A stretch of 64,000 nt of DNA from Octopus sinensis (Eukaryota), in NCBI RefSeq assembly GCF_006345805.1, contig NW_021832231.1, forward strand, positions 969,806 to 1,033,805, written 5' to 3'. Numbering within the stretch: position 1 is the stretch's first letter; each line of letters starts with the position of its first letter. The position numbers and the translations under genes are program-made. Below are positions 47,759-59,303 of this stretch, piece by piece. The notes under the pieces were generated by a model, which worked only from the letters and a program-made list of their open reading frames with translations, ran no database searches and was not told the DNA's origin.

Positions 47759-49975
47759 TTAAAAGCATTTCAACCCGAAAAATATAAACATTCCAAATAA
47801 AATAGCGACAATTGCAACTGTCGCAAAAAATACTTCAGTTACCACTCCAGTTTTTTTAGACATAATTTCTTTTTTTATTATGAATCTAATAATACTGGTA
47901 TTCTTGTAGGCTGATTTTCTGTCGGAGCAAACTGGTATTTTGTATTCTTCGCAAAATCCCGTTTTCCAGATTCCATTGCGATCAATGCTGATGCACGCAA
48001 ACTTTTCATCAATGTTACCAGGTGTTCTGTATGCCAATTCGGTTTCATCTAATTTGACATTAAAGGCCATGTATACCAATAATGGACCATCTTCATAAAA
48101 TAGTTCAGAATTATTCCACATTATTCGATTGTTCACGTAAAAGCTTCCGCTTATTAGATCTAATATGATATACAAATTAATCAAACTTTTGTTGATAAAA
48201 TCGACAACATCTTGGGATGTGGGATTAATTACTTGTTTATTCACGCGATCGCATAACACATGCATTTTATAAAATGACATTTGAATTGGAAAAATGAAAT
48301 ATTCAATTCCTTCATATTTAACAGTAATTCCATTTGAAAGATTCACTAATTTTATAAATATAATTAAAACTGGCATTCTTGTTTTGGCAGTCAGATATTG
48401 CATTTTTTGTATAATCTTTTTGTATTTATTATTTAACTGACTACCTTGATCATTGTTTTTTACGCACGCATATCTTGAGTCTGTGCATATTCTATTTTCC
48501 CATTTTCCAGTTTTATAGCTTTGATAAACACACTTTTTATCATTATCCTTGATGTTAGTAGGGTATCCGGAGGCCCAGTTGGTAAAGTTCTATTTGATTA
48601 AATTGATTTTTACTGAATATGATGAATTTAGCGGCGCTATTATACCACGAACAAAATACTCCGCAAAATTTAACACAATCGAATATTCAACGTTTTCTAA
48701 ATTTTATAATATTTAGCTTACAATACCAGTAAATATGCAATTTTCGAATTTATTTCTAGGAACATAAATCCGTGCTTTTCTAAAGTGACATATCGTAAAA
48801 GCCTCATTAAGAGGCAAGGGAACATCATAAATATAATATACAGATTCGTTATATGAAAAAATTTGAGAGAAATAAACTATGTATAATGTCATAAATCAAT
48901 ATCTACATTTTTGATCTGCTTTATTACATGATACGTATTTTGGATTGTCAATTATTGTATCTATACGATTATTCACAATTTGTTAACCTGCTTCACAAAT
49001 CAGATATTTTTTCTCATTGCATTTACTGCTTATAAATTCTCCATTGAACATTGAACGGGTTATACATTCGTTTGAAATCGGGTTATTAATGGTCCAAGGG
49101 AGATATTTCTATTAACTTGAAATATCATTATTACAGCAGCATAATTTTTTTCATTTAAAAAACTGTTATTCAGATTTTTTATTCCAAGATATACGTCCCC
49201 TTTTAAATAATCTACAATTTGGAAAATATTATATACTATGAAAGGCACAATTTTCCTCGGCATCGTTCGGTATGAAAATATATCCATTGTGATCTTCATG
49301 GCATATTTTTCTGATAGTTGAATAATTTCGATATGCAAAGTATATATAGTATGTATGTTTCCGGAATGCCAAGATATGGTCAGGTTGCACTATGAAGCTA
49401 AAAAATAATAAGTTTACTGTTTATAATTTTTGCTAATGTTATATTTACTCCTTCTAATGAAATGTTATCTGTTAATAATAAATTTTTGGATTTTAATACC
49501 AGATTCGCAGATATAGTATTGTTTTTTATGATATGAACTTATCTCTATCCATTTACCAGAGTGTGGTTCTATTTCAGTTGCAAAATAATTTTGAGTTCTT
49601 TGTTTGAAGTTTGAATATTTCTGATATAAATGGTTTAATAAATACTATATTTTTTCCAGTATGCATGCTTATCGTTGTCTCATACCAAGAATTATATTCA
49701 ACTCCAATATAATGATTGTCTCTCAAAAAACCTTACATTTACTCGATTAAATACTTGCAATCAAATCATTTTCAGTTTGATCCGTTATATCAACAGGATA
49801 CCAATTGTTTAAGCATTGAGCTCTGTAAGTATTGAAATATTCTTCATTTGCAGATAATCTATAGGAATGTCCATTCCAGTTATAAATCAATCCAATTTTA
49901 GATTCTACTTCATTATTTTATCGTTTCATATTTCTAACTGGATTTTAAGGTAAGTAAGAATATTAAATGCAGCAT
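47759..49975 (-). CDS. Type I membrane protein with several C-type lectin-like domains
   Basis: Exon pieces NWASGYP...KCVYQSYKTGKWENRIC...YAC and CISIDRNGIWKTGFC...PVC; C-terminal transmembrane helix VFFATVAIVAILFGMFIFF; hydrophobic start MLHLIFLL at 49975; internal splicing only partly resolved. Confidence 0.6.
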
Positions 49976-51732
49976 TTTAATTTATTGCTATTTTAAACTG
50001 CTTATATAATGATTTTAATCATCATCTAATTGTGGTGTTTTAAAGAAAATAATAGAAAGTTCACACAGCTGAACACAAAAATATAATTCATATACACCCA
50101 GTAATTTTCTGTTTTTTGCACTGAATCAGAAACATTAGTTTTAAACACTTATGGATTTCAGATTTTGCCTAAAGTCGATAAATTGTAAAATTTCTAGGAA
50201 AAGTTCTTAAATTAAAATTTTCAAGTAACTATTTAAAAATTGGTGAAAAGCATGCAAATTTAAATATACTTAAGATAGTTTGATGCATCTATATTGGATC
50301 AAATAAGATTATTCCGTTTTTAAAATAGAATAATTTCTTTTCGAAACACTAAGTTCTCCAGAACCAATCTTACTTTATAAATTCATTTTCCCGTTTTTTG
50401 AGCAGAATAGGGGCTGACTAAATTAATTTTAAAACACTTATTTCAATCAAAAATTTAAAATAATCTCGTGTACGTAAAAAGTACATTTGTGGCCATTTTA
50501 AGACAAATTAGATAACTTTTAATTTAGCAAAAAGCACTGTTGGGGTGTGTCAAAACAGGAAGATTTTCTCTTTATGAGTCAACTAAACTAGGACTCTAAA
50601 ATGCGTTTTTCCATTAAAATTGTTTCATTAACTAGCTTGAGATAAGAGTCATTAATTCCAGACTTCCTGTAAAATCAATGTAATTTGCGTCTCTTAAAGC
50701 CTTAAACTACAATTCTCTCGTATTTCATTCAAATAAACGATTTACAACATGATCCCGATTAATTTGACGATAAAAGATTTTTAAGTAATTTTGAAAGAAT
50801 AGTCAATTGTCTATTCCGGTAATTAACTTTAAACGAAATAAGTAAATCTCTAAAACCAGTTTACATTTTCTAAATCTTTGAATTGAATTCGAAATGACTA
50901 ACACAGCGGTCGTGCTTTTGATTCAACAATAGCCAGTTTAAAAAGGTGGAATCTTCGGATCAGTGTGAAAGACGAGGCTTTTACAGTATAGTAGAATATC
51001 AGTATGAGGGTTCTAATAATTTTTCATCACAGGGCTAAAGACTTGAGGGCTTATGATTTCAATAAAACCCTTGTTTAAGCAAGTTTTTAGAAGCGAGCTC
51101 AAAGTGTTTTATCTAGTTTGCATCCAACAGACAATTCTCAGAAAGAAAGATAAATCCCCAGAGCGTCTCCTGCTCAGAACAATTATTGTGAGTAACAATT
51201 AAATATAAATAAACCACTCTATAACAAATAAAATTATCGAAGAAAAAAAATTAAACTGTAATCCTTTCCATCTGATAGTTACTTCTTCTATCAGATAGTG
51301 CTTCAGGTAGGCAAGCCCGCCTCTTTCCTTTAGAAGTGGTGATCATACTTATTTGGTGATAAATCTCTTATTTTTTTATCCAGTTCGAGTTCTTTCCTAT
51401 GGTTTTACTCTGTTCTTATTAGAAAAAATCATGCTCTCAAAGTAATTGTCCATATTGTACGAATTTTTTAGTAAATAAAAAATAAGCTATAACAATCTCT
51501 TAACAAAAAAAATAAGTAATGCTAGTAATATAATATAACCCCGGACTACCGTGCCTAGGCTATCTTTTGTCATTTTTCGTAAGTCTAAAATTAAGATATT
51601 CTCACTTTCAGTAAAACCACACATCTATATGAGATCTTTTTAATAAACCACAATTAATAGAGATTAACGCCTAATAAATTTATGTATTTAGATATTCTTT
51701 TTTAATGTCCAGTATTATCTGACGAATATATA

Positions 51733-53211
51733 CAGTCCCGTCCAAATGTTAGAGGCACCCTATTTTTTTCCTAAAAAAGGCACTTATTTGTCATTTTTGA
51801 AAAAAGTTTTTGTTAATAACAAACTATTGAATAAAAAATCTTAACCTAAAATTTTTGAGCACATTTAGTTTATAATGTGTATTTACTAAGAACTCAAAAT
51901 AATACATCGTTCATATGTTAGAGGCACATTTCAATAACGAAAGACAAAATTATCCAAAAATTTAATATTTAGTCATTCCTCCATTATTTATGACTACCGA
52001 AGATATTCTTCTTGGAATTGACTCAAAAAGCTTAATAACCACACCTGTATCAATGTTTTCCCAGGCCTTCTTTGTTTCATTCCATAATTTTTGAATCGTT
52101 GATGCTCCACAGTTTTTAACTTCTTTTTTTAAAATTTCCCATAGATTTTCAATTATATTTAAGTCAGGAGATTGACTTGGCCATTTTTCCATGAGTTTTA
52201 TGTTGTTTTCGGCCATAAACGCTCTAGTGAATTTTGATGTATGACATGTTGCTCCATCTTGTTGAAGAAAATAATTTTCTTCATAAAAATTTTCAAATCC
52301 TTCTTTTATAACGCGTTGATATTCGGCGGAGTCGACTGTTTTTTTCGGCAAAGGACAATTGATCTTTGCCCATTGCTTTTAATTGCTCCCCATATCGTAA
52401 TTGATAAAGGGAATTTCACAGTTTCAATTGAATATTCTTTCTGTAATTTTGATCCAGGGGGTCTTCTTATGTATTGCCTAGACATCTGATTTAACTGAAT
52501 CCGGCATTCATCAGAAAATATCACTAAATTCCAGTCGTTTTGATTCCACGGAATTTTAGTAAGACACCATGTATACCTTTTTCAACCTGAGATGCAGTCA
52601 ATTTTGGTTTTTTCACTGCAATGCGTCCGAATAAATTGTTGCGTCTCAAAATTCGTTTAATTGTCGAAAGACTCACTTTTCCGGAAAAGTTACAGCATAT
52701 AAGAAGATCGTTGGTGGTCATTTTTGGGTGTAATTTTGACATTCTGATAAGATAGCGTTCATCATTTTTGGTTAATTTTTTGTTCCTTCCCTATTTTGGC
52801 ATATCGTTATATAAATATCCGTGTAAAAATCGCTTTTTAATTTTTTGAATGGCACAACGAGAGATTCCCAAATCTTTGGATATTTTCACCTGAGATTCGC
52901 CAAATTTTAATTTTTCGATGACGAGAAACCTGTTATAGACTGATACACAAGGCATTTGAATTTTTTATTAGAATTAATAATAATAAATTATAGAATTATT
53001 GCTTTTTACATAGGTGCCTCTAACATATGAGCGACCAATTATTTTTTGTTTTCAAGTTTGAGAATACTATCGGTCGAATATTTATAAAAACTTTGGAAAT
53101 GTTTAATTTCCTTTAAAAACTTAAATTATTCTTTGAAATCTTTCGAAAAATAATAAATAAGTGCCTTTTTAGGGAAAAAAATAGGGTGCCTCTAACATTT
53201 GGACGGGACTG
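51733..53211 (-). mobile_element. Tc1 (DD34E) transposon with IR/DR ends, decayed
   Basis: ~57-bp TIR CAGTCCCGTCCAAATGTTAGAGGCACCC..., TA TSD, inner repeats ATGTTAGAGGCAC (~51916) and GTGCCTCTAACAT (~53013); IFSDE, LQQDG, WPSQSPDLNIIEN. Confidence 0.95.
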
Positions 53212-53227
53212 TATATTAAAGGATAAA

Positions 53228-53846
53228 CAACTGAGAATGTTGAGATCAGAGTTGATACGACGCTGATGACAGACATCAAAGTACAACATAACAAGCCGGA
53301 CATATTTGTTTTTGATAAAAGAACAAGGGAGATTACTTTAGTAGAGGTCGGAATCACTTCTCAGGAGATGCTGAAGGTGGTTGAGGTTGAAAAACTTCAT
53401 AAATACGATCTCCTCGCTGGAGAGTTGTCCCAAATATACAAAGCGAAAGTTAAAATTGTCCCTATTGTTATGACTTGGGAGGGAATTGTGAGTAAATTCT
53501 ACAAATCATATATGGATTTTTTAGGTGTGGATACTATTCCGAGAACATATATTCAATCTATTGTACTAAAGAAAACTCTTGAAAGCATGTTAGTGGAGCA
53601 CCGACATGGGATGAACTTTCAAGAGAGTAATGTTAGTGAAGTCATTCATTTTCTACAACGAAAATCTCTACAACAATTTGAGGACGACGAAATCGTGCCC
53701 ATGGAACAACAATCCTGGAGTGAGGATCAGATTGGTGATGGTCGACAAGAGATTGCAGTTAGAGAGCTAAGGAATGGCTCAAAAAGAAAAAGAATGAATT
53801 AATACGTCAAATCAATATTAAATAGATCCGAATTAACATTTATAAA
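53228..53846 (+). mobile_element. 5'-truncated NeSL/R4-type RLE retrotransposon 3' end
   Basis: RLE motif HNKPDIFVFDK...LVEVGIT...EKLHKYD; 15-bp TSD ATATTAAAGGATAAA at 53213-27 and 53847-61. Confidence 0.85.
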
Positions 53847-53910
53847 ATATTAAAGGATAAAATCATCTGATATCTAAATTTCAGTTTTTTTCTTCTGTTA
53901 TAGCGTTTTT

Positions 53911-54686
53911 GGTACTTTTGTCGAAGTGGTCGCAGTTTTTTTAGAAGATAATTAAAATTAATTAATTTTTTTAGTGAAAAATAGATTATTTAATTTATAA
54001 CCCTCTATCAATAATTTAAATGGTTATTAAAATTATTTAAAAATTTATTTAACCATTTAGTCATTTTTAGTACGCGGCATCCAAATTCCAGGACTGTAGA
54101 AGGAATTTATGTCTTTTACAATCTGTGCAAAAGATTCCTTATAGTTCTGTATTTGTTTTCGCCACATAAATCTGAAAAAAAACTAACAAAAAAACCTGCG
54201 AAATAAGATCCCAGATGATGTCTTACAGCTCCTCTTTGAGCTTTATTCTTGCATTTTGCACTTCCCTACATTCGTTCTACTGTCTGGGTGTGCACTCCGT
54301 CTGGGATCCACAAAGAAATGCACTGCATCCTCCTTACTTATTGGGAGCTGTCGGAATTTGATGTTGCATAAGTCCACAACAGAATTTTCCATGTGACCTA
54401 TAGTGCCAGTTTATATCAATATTAGGTACATGCTCGCCATAATATTAAAAAAATTAGAAAATAAATTAGTAAAAAATTTAATAATATTTTAAATTATTGA
54501 TAGAGCGACTTAAATAAAATATAATATATTCCACCTCAAAAATTATTAGATTTTTTAAAAGGCCTAAAAAAACTGCGACCACTTCGACAAAAGTACCCTT
54601 AAATAAAATATAATATATTCCACCTCAAAAATTATTAGATTTTTTAAAAGGCCTAAAAAAACTGCGACCACTTCGACAAAAGTACC
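53911..54686 (-). mobile_element. Merlin (IS1016/ISXO2-like) transposon, internally deleted, with duplicated right end
   Basis: 34-bp TIR GGTACTTTTGTCGAAGTGGTCGCAGTTTTTTTAG; 8-bp TSD GCGTTTTT at 53903-10 and 54687-94; remnant FVDP.GVHTQTVERM...RHHLGSY on the minus strand. Confidence 0.9.
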
Positions 54687-54951
54687 GCGTTTTTTTAGAT
54701 TTCTTGCCCATATTCAATTTAAAATAATATTGATTTTTTAATAATAAGATTTTAAAAACAGTTGATAGGACTTACTAACTCTTATAATATACGCCGTATA
54801 TTTGAGTACGTTTCATCTAAGTCTTATACTATAGTCATTGGAATTGAATATTAATTGTTGGAAATATAGGGAGACGGGATGGTGGCACACTTTGAGACTA
54901 AAAACATCAAAAAAATTATTTAAATTCGAGGCAGAATAAGAGATTAAAATA

Positions 54952-55795
54952 TCATTTCCCGAGAGACTTTAACCAATCGTTGATAAGAAGCGGAGGATGG
55001 TCCAGGGAAAATTCTTCAAAATCGAATCTGATGGGCAAGAACTCGGAAAATGCCAATTTTGTAACCTTCTTGGAAAACTGGTCGTTCCGTGCTTTGCTTA
55101 TGAAATTTCTTGTATATATTTAAAAATACGAGACATTTCGTTGATAATCGACTCTTGAATGTCAGATACGTCCAAACGGTTGTCCTTCTTGTCAACTTTA
55201 TTGCATAGGAATAGCAATTTCTTGCATTTCGAAGAGCAATGTCCTTCGTCGACCAGTTGATATACAAATCTAATCTCTACAGAATAGTATATACTCGGAG
55301 ACATCCTTAAAGTCCTCTCTGAAGGTACTTGTATCAATTACAAAAATTATTGCCCTAGGATTAATATCGTAATGATACAGCGCGGAATCCCGATATTTGT
55401 CAATATTTTGGAATCTGGTGCGTTCTGACCCAGGAATGTCAACAAATCGTACAATCTGAAATATTTATTAAATAAATCATGGATTATAAAAAACATTCAA
55501 TTTAAACGTATCATACCCTTCCGGTGTCGGGGACCTTGTAGAATCCCAGGTTGACAGTTTGACTAGTGCAAGTCGCCGGAGACATAGAATGGACAAACTT
55601 GATTGTATTATTTAATGCATACTCGGGCAAAAATTGAAGTTTTGCCAGACTCACATAAGCCTAGTAAGAGAATGTCTTGTTTGGATGATTTACGAAAAAG
55701 CCAGACAACTTAAAGATTATTTTAAAAGCCAAACAAGTCGAAATCAAAAAAAGGAGCAACACGGAGACGATCAAAGCAGTTATATAGACACCCAT
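54952..55795 (-). CDS. SRPRB: Signal recognition particle receptor subunit beta
   Basis: N-terminal TM helix, G1 LLGLCESGKT, G3 VDIPGSE, AIIFVIDTS, G4 LCNKVD; six introns (26, 25, 61, 24, 25, 26 nt); TGA 54952. Confidence 0.9.
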
Positions 55796-55872
55796 ACGAG
55801 ACACAACAAACAAAGATTAAACTATCTAATTTATATTTATTTAATCAGCATTTTTACGCTCTCCTATATAAA

Positions 55873-56717
55873 TGTTACGTAAATAGAGATACCAGGAATA
55901 GCGATCGAAGTAAAATAATTATAAATTTTATATTGTCCAAATAGGAAAATCTATAAAGACAATACTGTGCAGGACGATTTTTTCGTTAATTTGATAATTT
56001 TATAAATTAATAATAGCTTACTACAAAATCTGCTTTAAAATCGTACAGGATAATGAAAATATTTGCTTAAGAATAGATTCGTTTATTGTTTGAATTGTTA
56101 ATTTTTTTAAATGTTTAAATGACGCTTTTTGTAACAATTTAGTCAATTTCGCGTTTAAATCTTTATGGAGTGTATTTTAGTTTCGATTTCATTTTATTTA
56201 AACAAAATTAAAATATGGAAAAGTAATTCAAATTCTTTTTTTTTTTTAAATAGCAAATAGTTGTCCTATTTTCGATTGCAATCATATGATTGAATAATTA
56301 TCTCGACCTGGATGCCCCGTATCCAGGTGACACAACCGGACATAATCATAAAGTTGTTCTTGTTCTTCAACAGTAAAAAATCGGGACAAATGATCAACTC
56401 CACGTTTAAACAGAATTCGGCGAAAGTGAATAAACTTACTCGCCCGGAGCCTGAGGAACATTTCATTGGCGGTACTGAGTGTTGACGGTAAATTCGCATT
56501 GACTAGATTATCAATAATCTGATCCCTTCATAATTGCACATCGATAGTATCCCATGCTCAAATAAAAATTTATTTTTTTTGCAAAAAATAAAAACATTTT
56601 CAAAAATAAAAATGATTATTACAAATAGACATATAATTGCTTAATTTATTTATATTGAATACTATGCGCTCTATTTACTACGGATCGCTATTTCCTGGAA
56701 TCCCATTTACTGCGACA
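55873..56717 (-). mobile_element. Degenerate Ginger2/TDD-like element in the SRPRB-GORASP divergent intergenic region
   Basis: TGT...ACA ends with ~45-bp imperfect TIRs sharing GTAAAT...CCAGGAA(A)TAGCGATC...AGTAAA; flanks ATAAA/ATATA; internal LYDYVRLCHLDTGHPGRD resembles an integrase H2C2 start. Confidence 0.6.
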
Positions 56718-56782
56718 ATATATAAATCAAACGTTAATATTTATTTATTTAAAAATAACAAAAGTTAAATTTCGAGTGACGT

Positions 56783-57874
56783 ATGGGTAATTCTACTGGT
56801 ACACCTTATAATAATTCAGGCTACCACGTTCTCAGGGTTTCTACTGTGCAATCTATTATTAGGTAGAGAATAATTCCCCAGCCAGTCTGGGAGGAATTGA
56901 GCCATTTTTCGATTTTATCGTGGCGTTTGATGGTGTCGACTTGGTATTTGTTTGTGAATTTACATTAGACCAACGTCTACGAACATTTTGCTGGCCTTCT
57001 TCACCAGAAAGAGGGGAAAACAGCCCAAATAACGCTCTACAATAGCAAATCGGAGAGCATCAGGACCGTTGACTTGGTGCCCTCTCGGAATTGGGGAGGA
57101 AAAGGTCTTCTTGGACTAAACATTCGGTCATCAGTTATAATTGATATCCAGATATTGTTCGTTCTCATCAGCGAGTGAAAATATTCTGCACGTTCTTGTA
57201 TTACCTGACTTTCCATTCTGCTTAGGAAGTCTTGCCCAACTCCCCTGCACAACATGCAGGCCTGGTTGCACATTCTGATTACATTGTGGGCTATGATCAC
57301 GTCTCGGATGTATTACCCTTTCATTCTATTTTAGGGAATTGATTTCTTTGATCTTGTAAGTGAATCAGTCGGAAAGCCCATTAATCTGTTTGTTTATAAT
57401 TCGGATACCATCAAGTGCAGAGACGTAGTTGTAGTCCCCAGTGAAACTTGGGGGAATTCCAGGTCGGTTTACCTTTCCTATTTCCTAAGTCTTCTTGGCT
57501 GTGGAATTGGGACGGGATATCTCCACAGAATTCCTGTCCAAGAGCAAAATGCTCCTCCAGTCACTCTTTCTCCGCCCAAAATTGAAGTTCTCGATTCTGA
57601 ACCAATTTTGCCGCCAACTGCACCTGAACCGCTTTCCTTTTGTTTTTTCTGTTGAAAAATGGTTTAGACCCCTCAGATGTATCTTTGAAGTTAGATTCTG
57701 GTATTTCTTCCCTGCCCTCATTTACGTATTCCACTCCAGTGTGCGGTTGGCAATTGTTTTATAGTTCGAGTAGAAGTCAATTTTTATAATCCGACGGCAC
57801 CCTCGTCAGCTATTTATTCGGATGTTGCACCGCCTTCAGATCTTCCAGTCATTGACCAGTTGCCTCCCTTCTAA
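56783..57874 (+). CDS. GORASP2: Golgi reassembly-stacking protein (GRASP55/65 family)
   Basis: MG start; GYHVLR/VENNSPA...GIEPFFDFI; PSRNWGGKGLLG; PSETWG...LGCGIGTGYLHRIP; Pro-rich tail; introns of ~25 nt; the paralog number is not meaningful. Confidence 0.88.
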
Positions 57875-58375
57875 TATTAATTAAATTATACCATTTTAAT
57901 TAAATTTCGTTTAATTCGAATTTTTATTTATGGCCACTGAGTCACTTAAGTGCTTTTTCACTCTTGAAGCTTGCGTTGCCTGTTTAATTAAGTAATAATC
58001 GCACTACTCGTCACCCAGAAAACATTTTATCAATATCTAGCGGTTTTTGATAGTTTTTAAGTATTTGCTAAACGCCCTCCGAAGTGGGTGTACTAGATGG
58101 CTAAGGAGTGTTTTCAATCACTTGCCTATCTTCACAGAAGCATTAGGAGTTCACATCAAAAATGAGAACTGGCACGACAAAAACTTATAAACTTTAATTC
58201 AAGCACTTTTTAGTCAGAAAAACTAAATCAGCGAGTTTTGTAAGGCAAAGCTTTTTGAGCATACTATGTGTTCTTTTAACATAAAATTCTTTTCGAACGT
58301 TACTCTAAGGCGTTTCTTACTTTACTGCGTTTGGCTACCCATAAATGTCCACCTAAGTTTGAAAATAATATCCTC

Positions 58376-58800
58376 TCACCCTTTACAGACATTCCACTTG
58401 TAGACACAAATTCTTAGTCCTCTTCTATTGCACCAAATTGTAAGATCGTCTACAGCATTTTGCATCTTTCGACACGCATATCCTGGTTTTATAAAGTGCT
58501 CCCTAATTACTATGTCGTCTTCATGGTGACCAAAGATTTCGGACCAGAAATTGGTCGGTTTTGTAGTAGAAGCCAATAATACGTTGAATAACGTTGGACT
58601 AAGTACAGAGTCATGAAAGAATATCACCTTTAACTGCAAGTTCCTATTAAAGATCATCGGGCGAAGATGAGGTTCCTGCATCGGGATCACATGACTTTTG
58701 TTTTTGACTTTTACCGTGGTCTTGGCAGCTAAATAAAAAAAAGTTCCTATTAAAGAAAAACCTTAGGACTCGATTAGAATTAGGAGTTCCTTTTGAAAAA
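58376..58800 (-). pseudogene. Decayed LINE RT fragment
   Basis: DSVLSPTLFNV and EDDIVI motifs, then KMQNAVDDLTIWC. Confidence 0.7.
58654..58740 (+). mobile_element. 87-bp retroposed LINE 3' UTR with A-tail and 16-bp TSD
   Basis: AAGTTCCTATTAAAGA at 58638-53 and 58741-56; the insert aligns to the reverse complement of 15530-15610. Confidence 0.8.
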
Positions 58801-59303
58801 ATTCAGCTCAGGCTCCATAAATTTATTTTTGAAGTAGTTGCTAAAATATCCTGAGATACAGTGGGCGCAAAAAAAATCCGGTTTTCTTATTTTTCGAATT
58901 TTTCAATATAAATTTTATATTATTTTTTTTTAATTTAGTATCATTTTGAAATGTAAATCGAGTATGTTTTTAATTTTAAGTATTTTTTTATTTTTCATAG
59001 AGATATCTTGAATTTAATTTTAAAATGCGCAAAAAAAACTCGGTTTTTTTAATTATTGAGTCTTTTATTCTCAAAAATTTGAAATTGTTGTCATTTTTGT
59101 TGTTGTTGGATGTCGTGTATTTCAGAAATTGTGAAAGGACAAATATTCAACTTTATTTCCTTAATTGGACATATAAACAAATTTCAGAAGAAGTAGAAAT
59201 TCCCAGATCAACAGTGGGAGATTACATACGTAAATACAAAAAATATGGAACAACACAGAGACTGTCCGGTTCTGGAAGACCTAGGACATTAAATAATGAT
59301 GAT

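Noticed and set aside
50050-51720. Unassigned 1.7-kb interval
   Set aside because: No ORF of 60 aa or more, and no TIR, TSD or repeat that I could support.
12592-57874. Ciliate genetic code (Paramecium also has ~25-nt introns)
   Set aside because: Host genes terminate at TAA/TAG, and the spliced exons contain no internal TAA/TAG.
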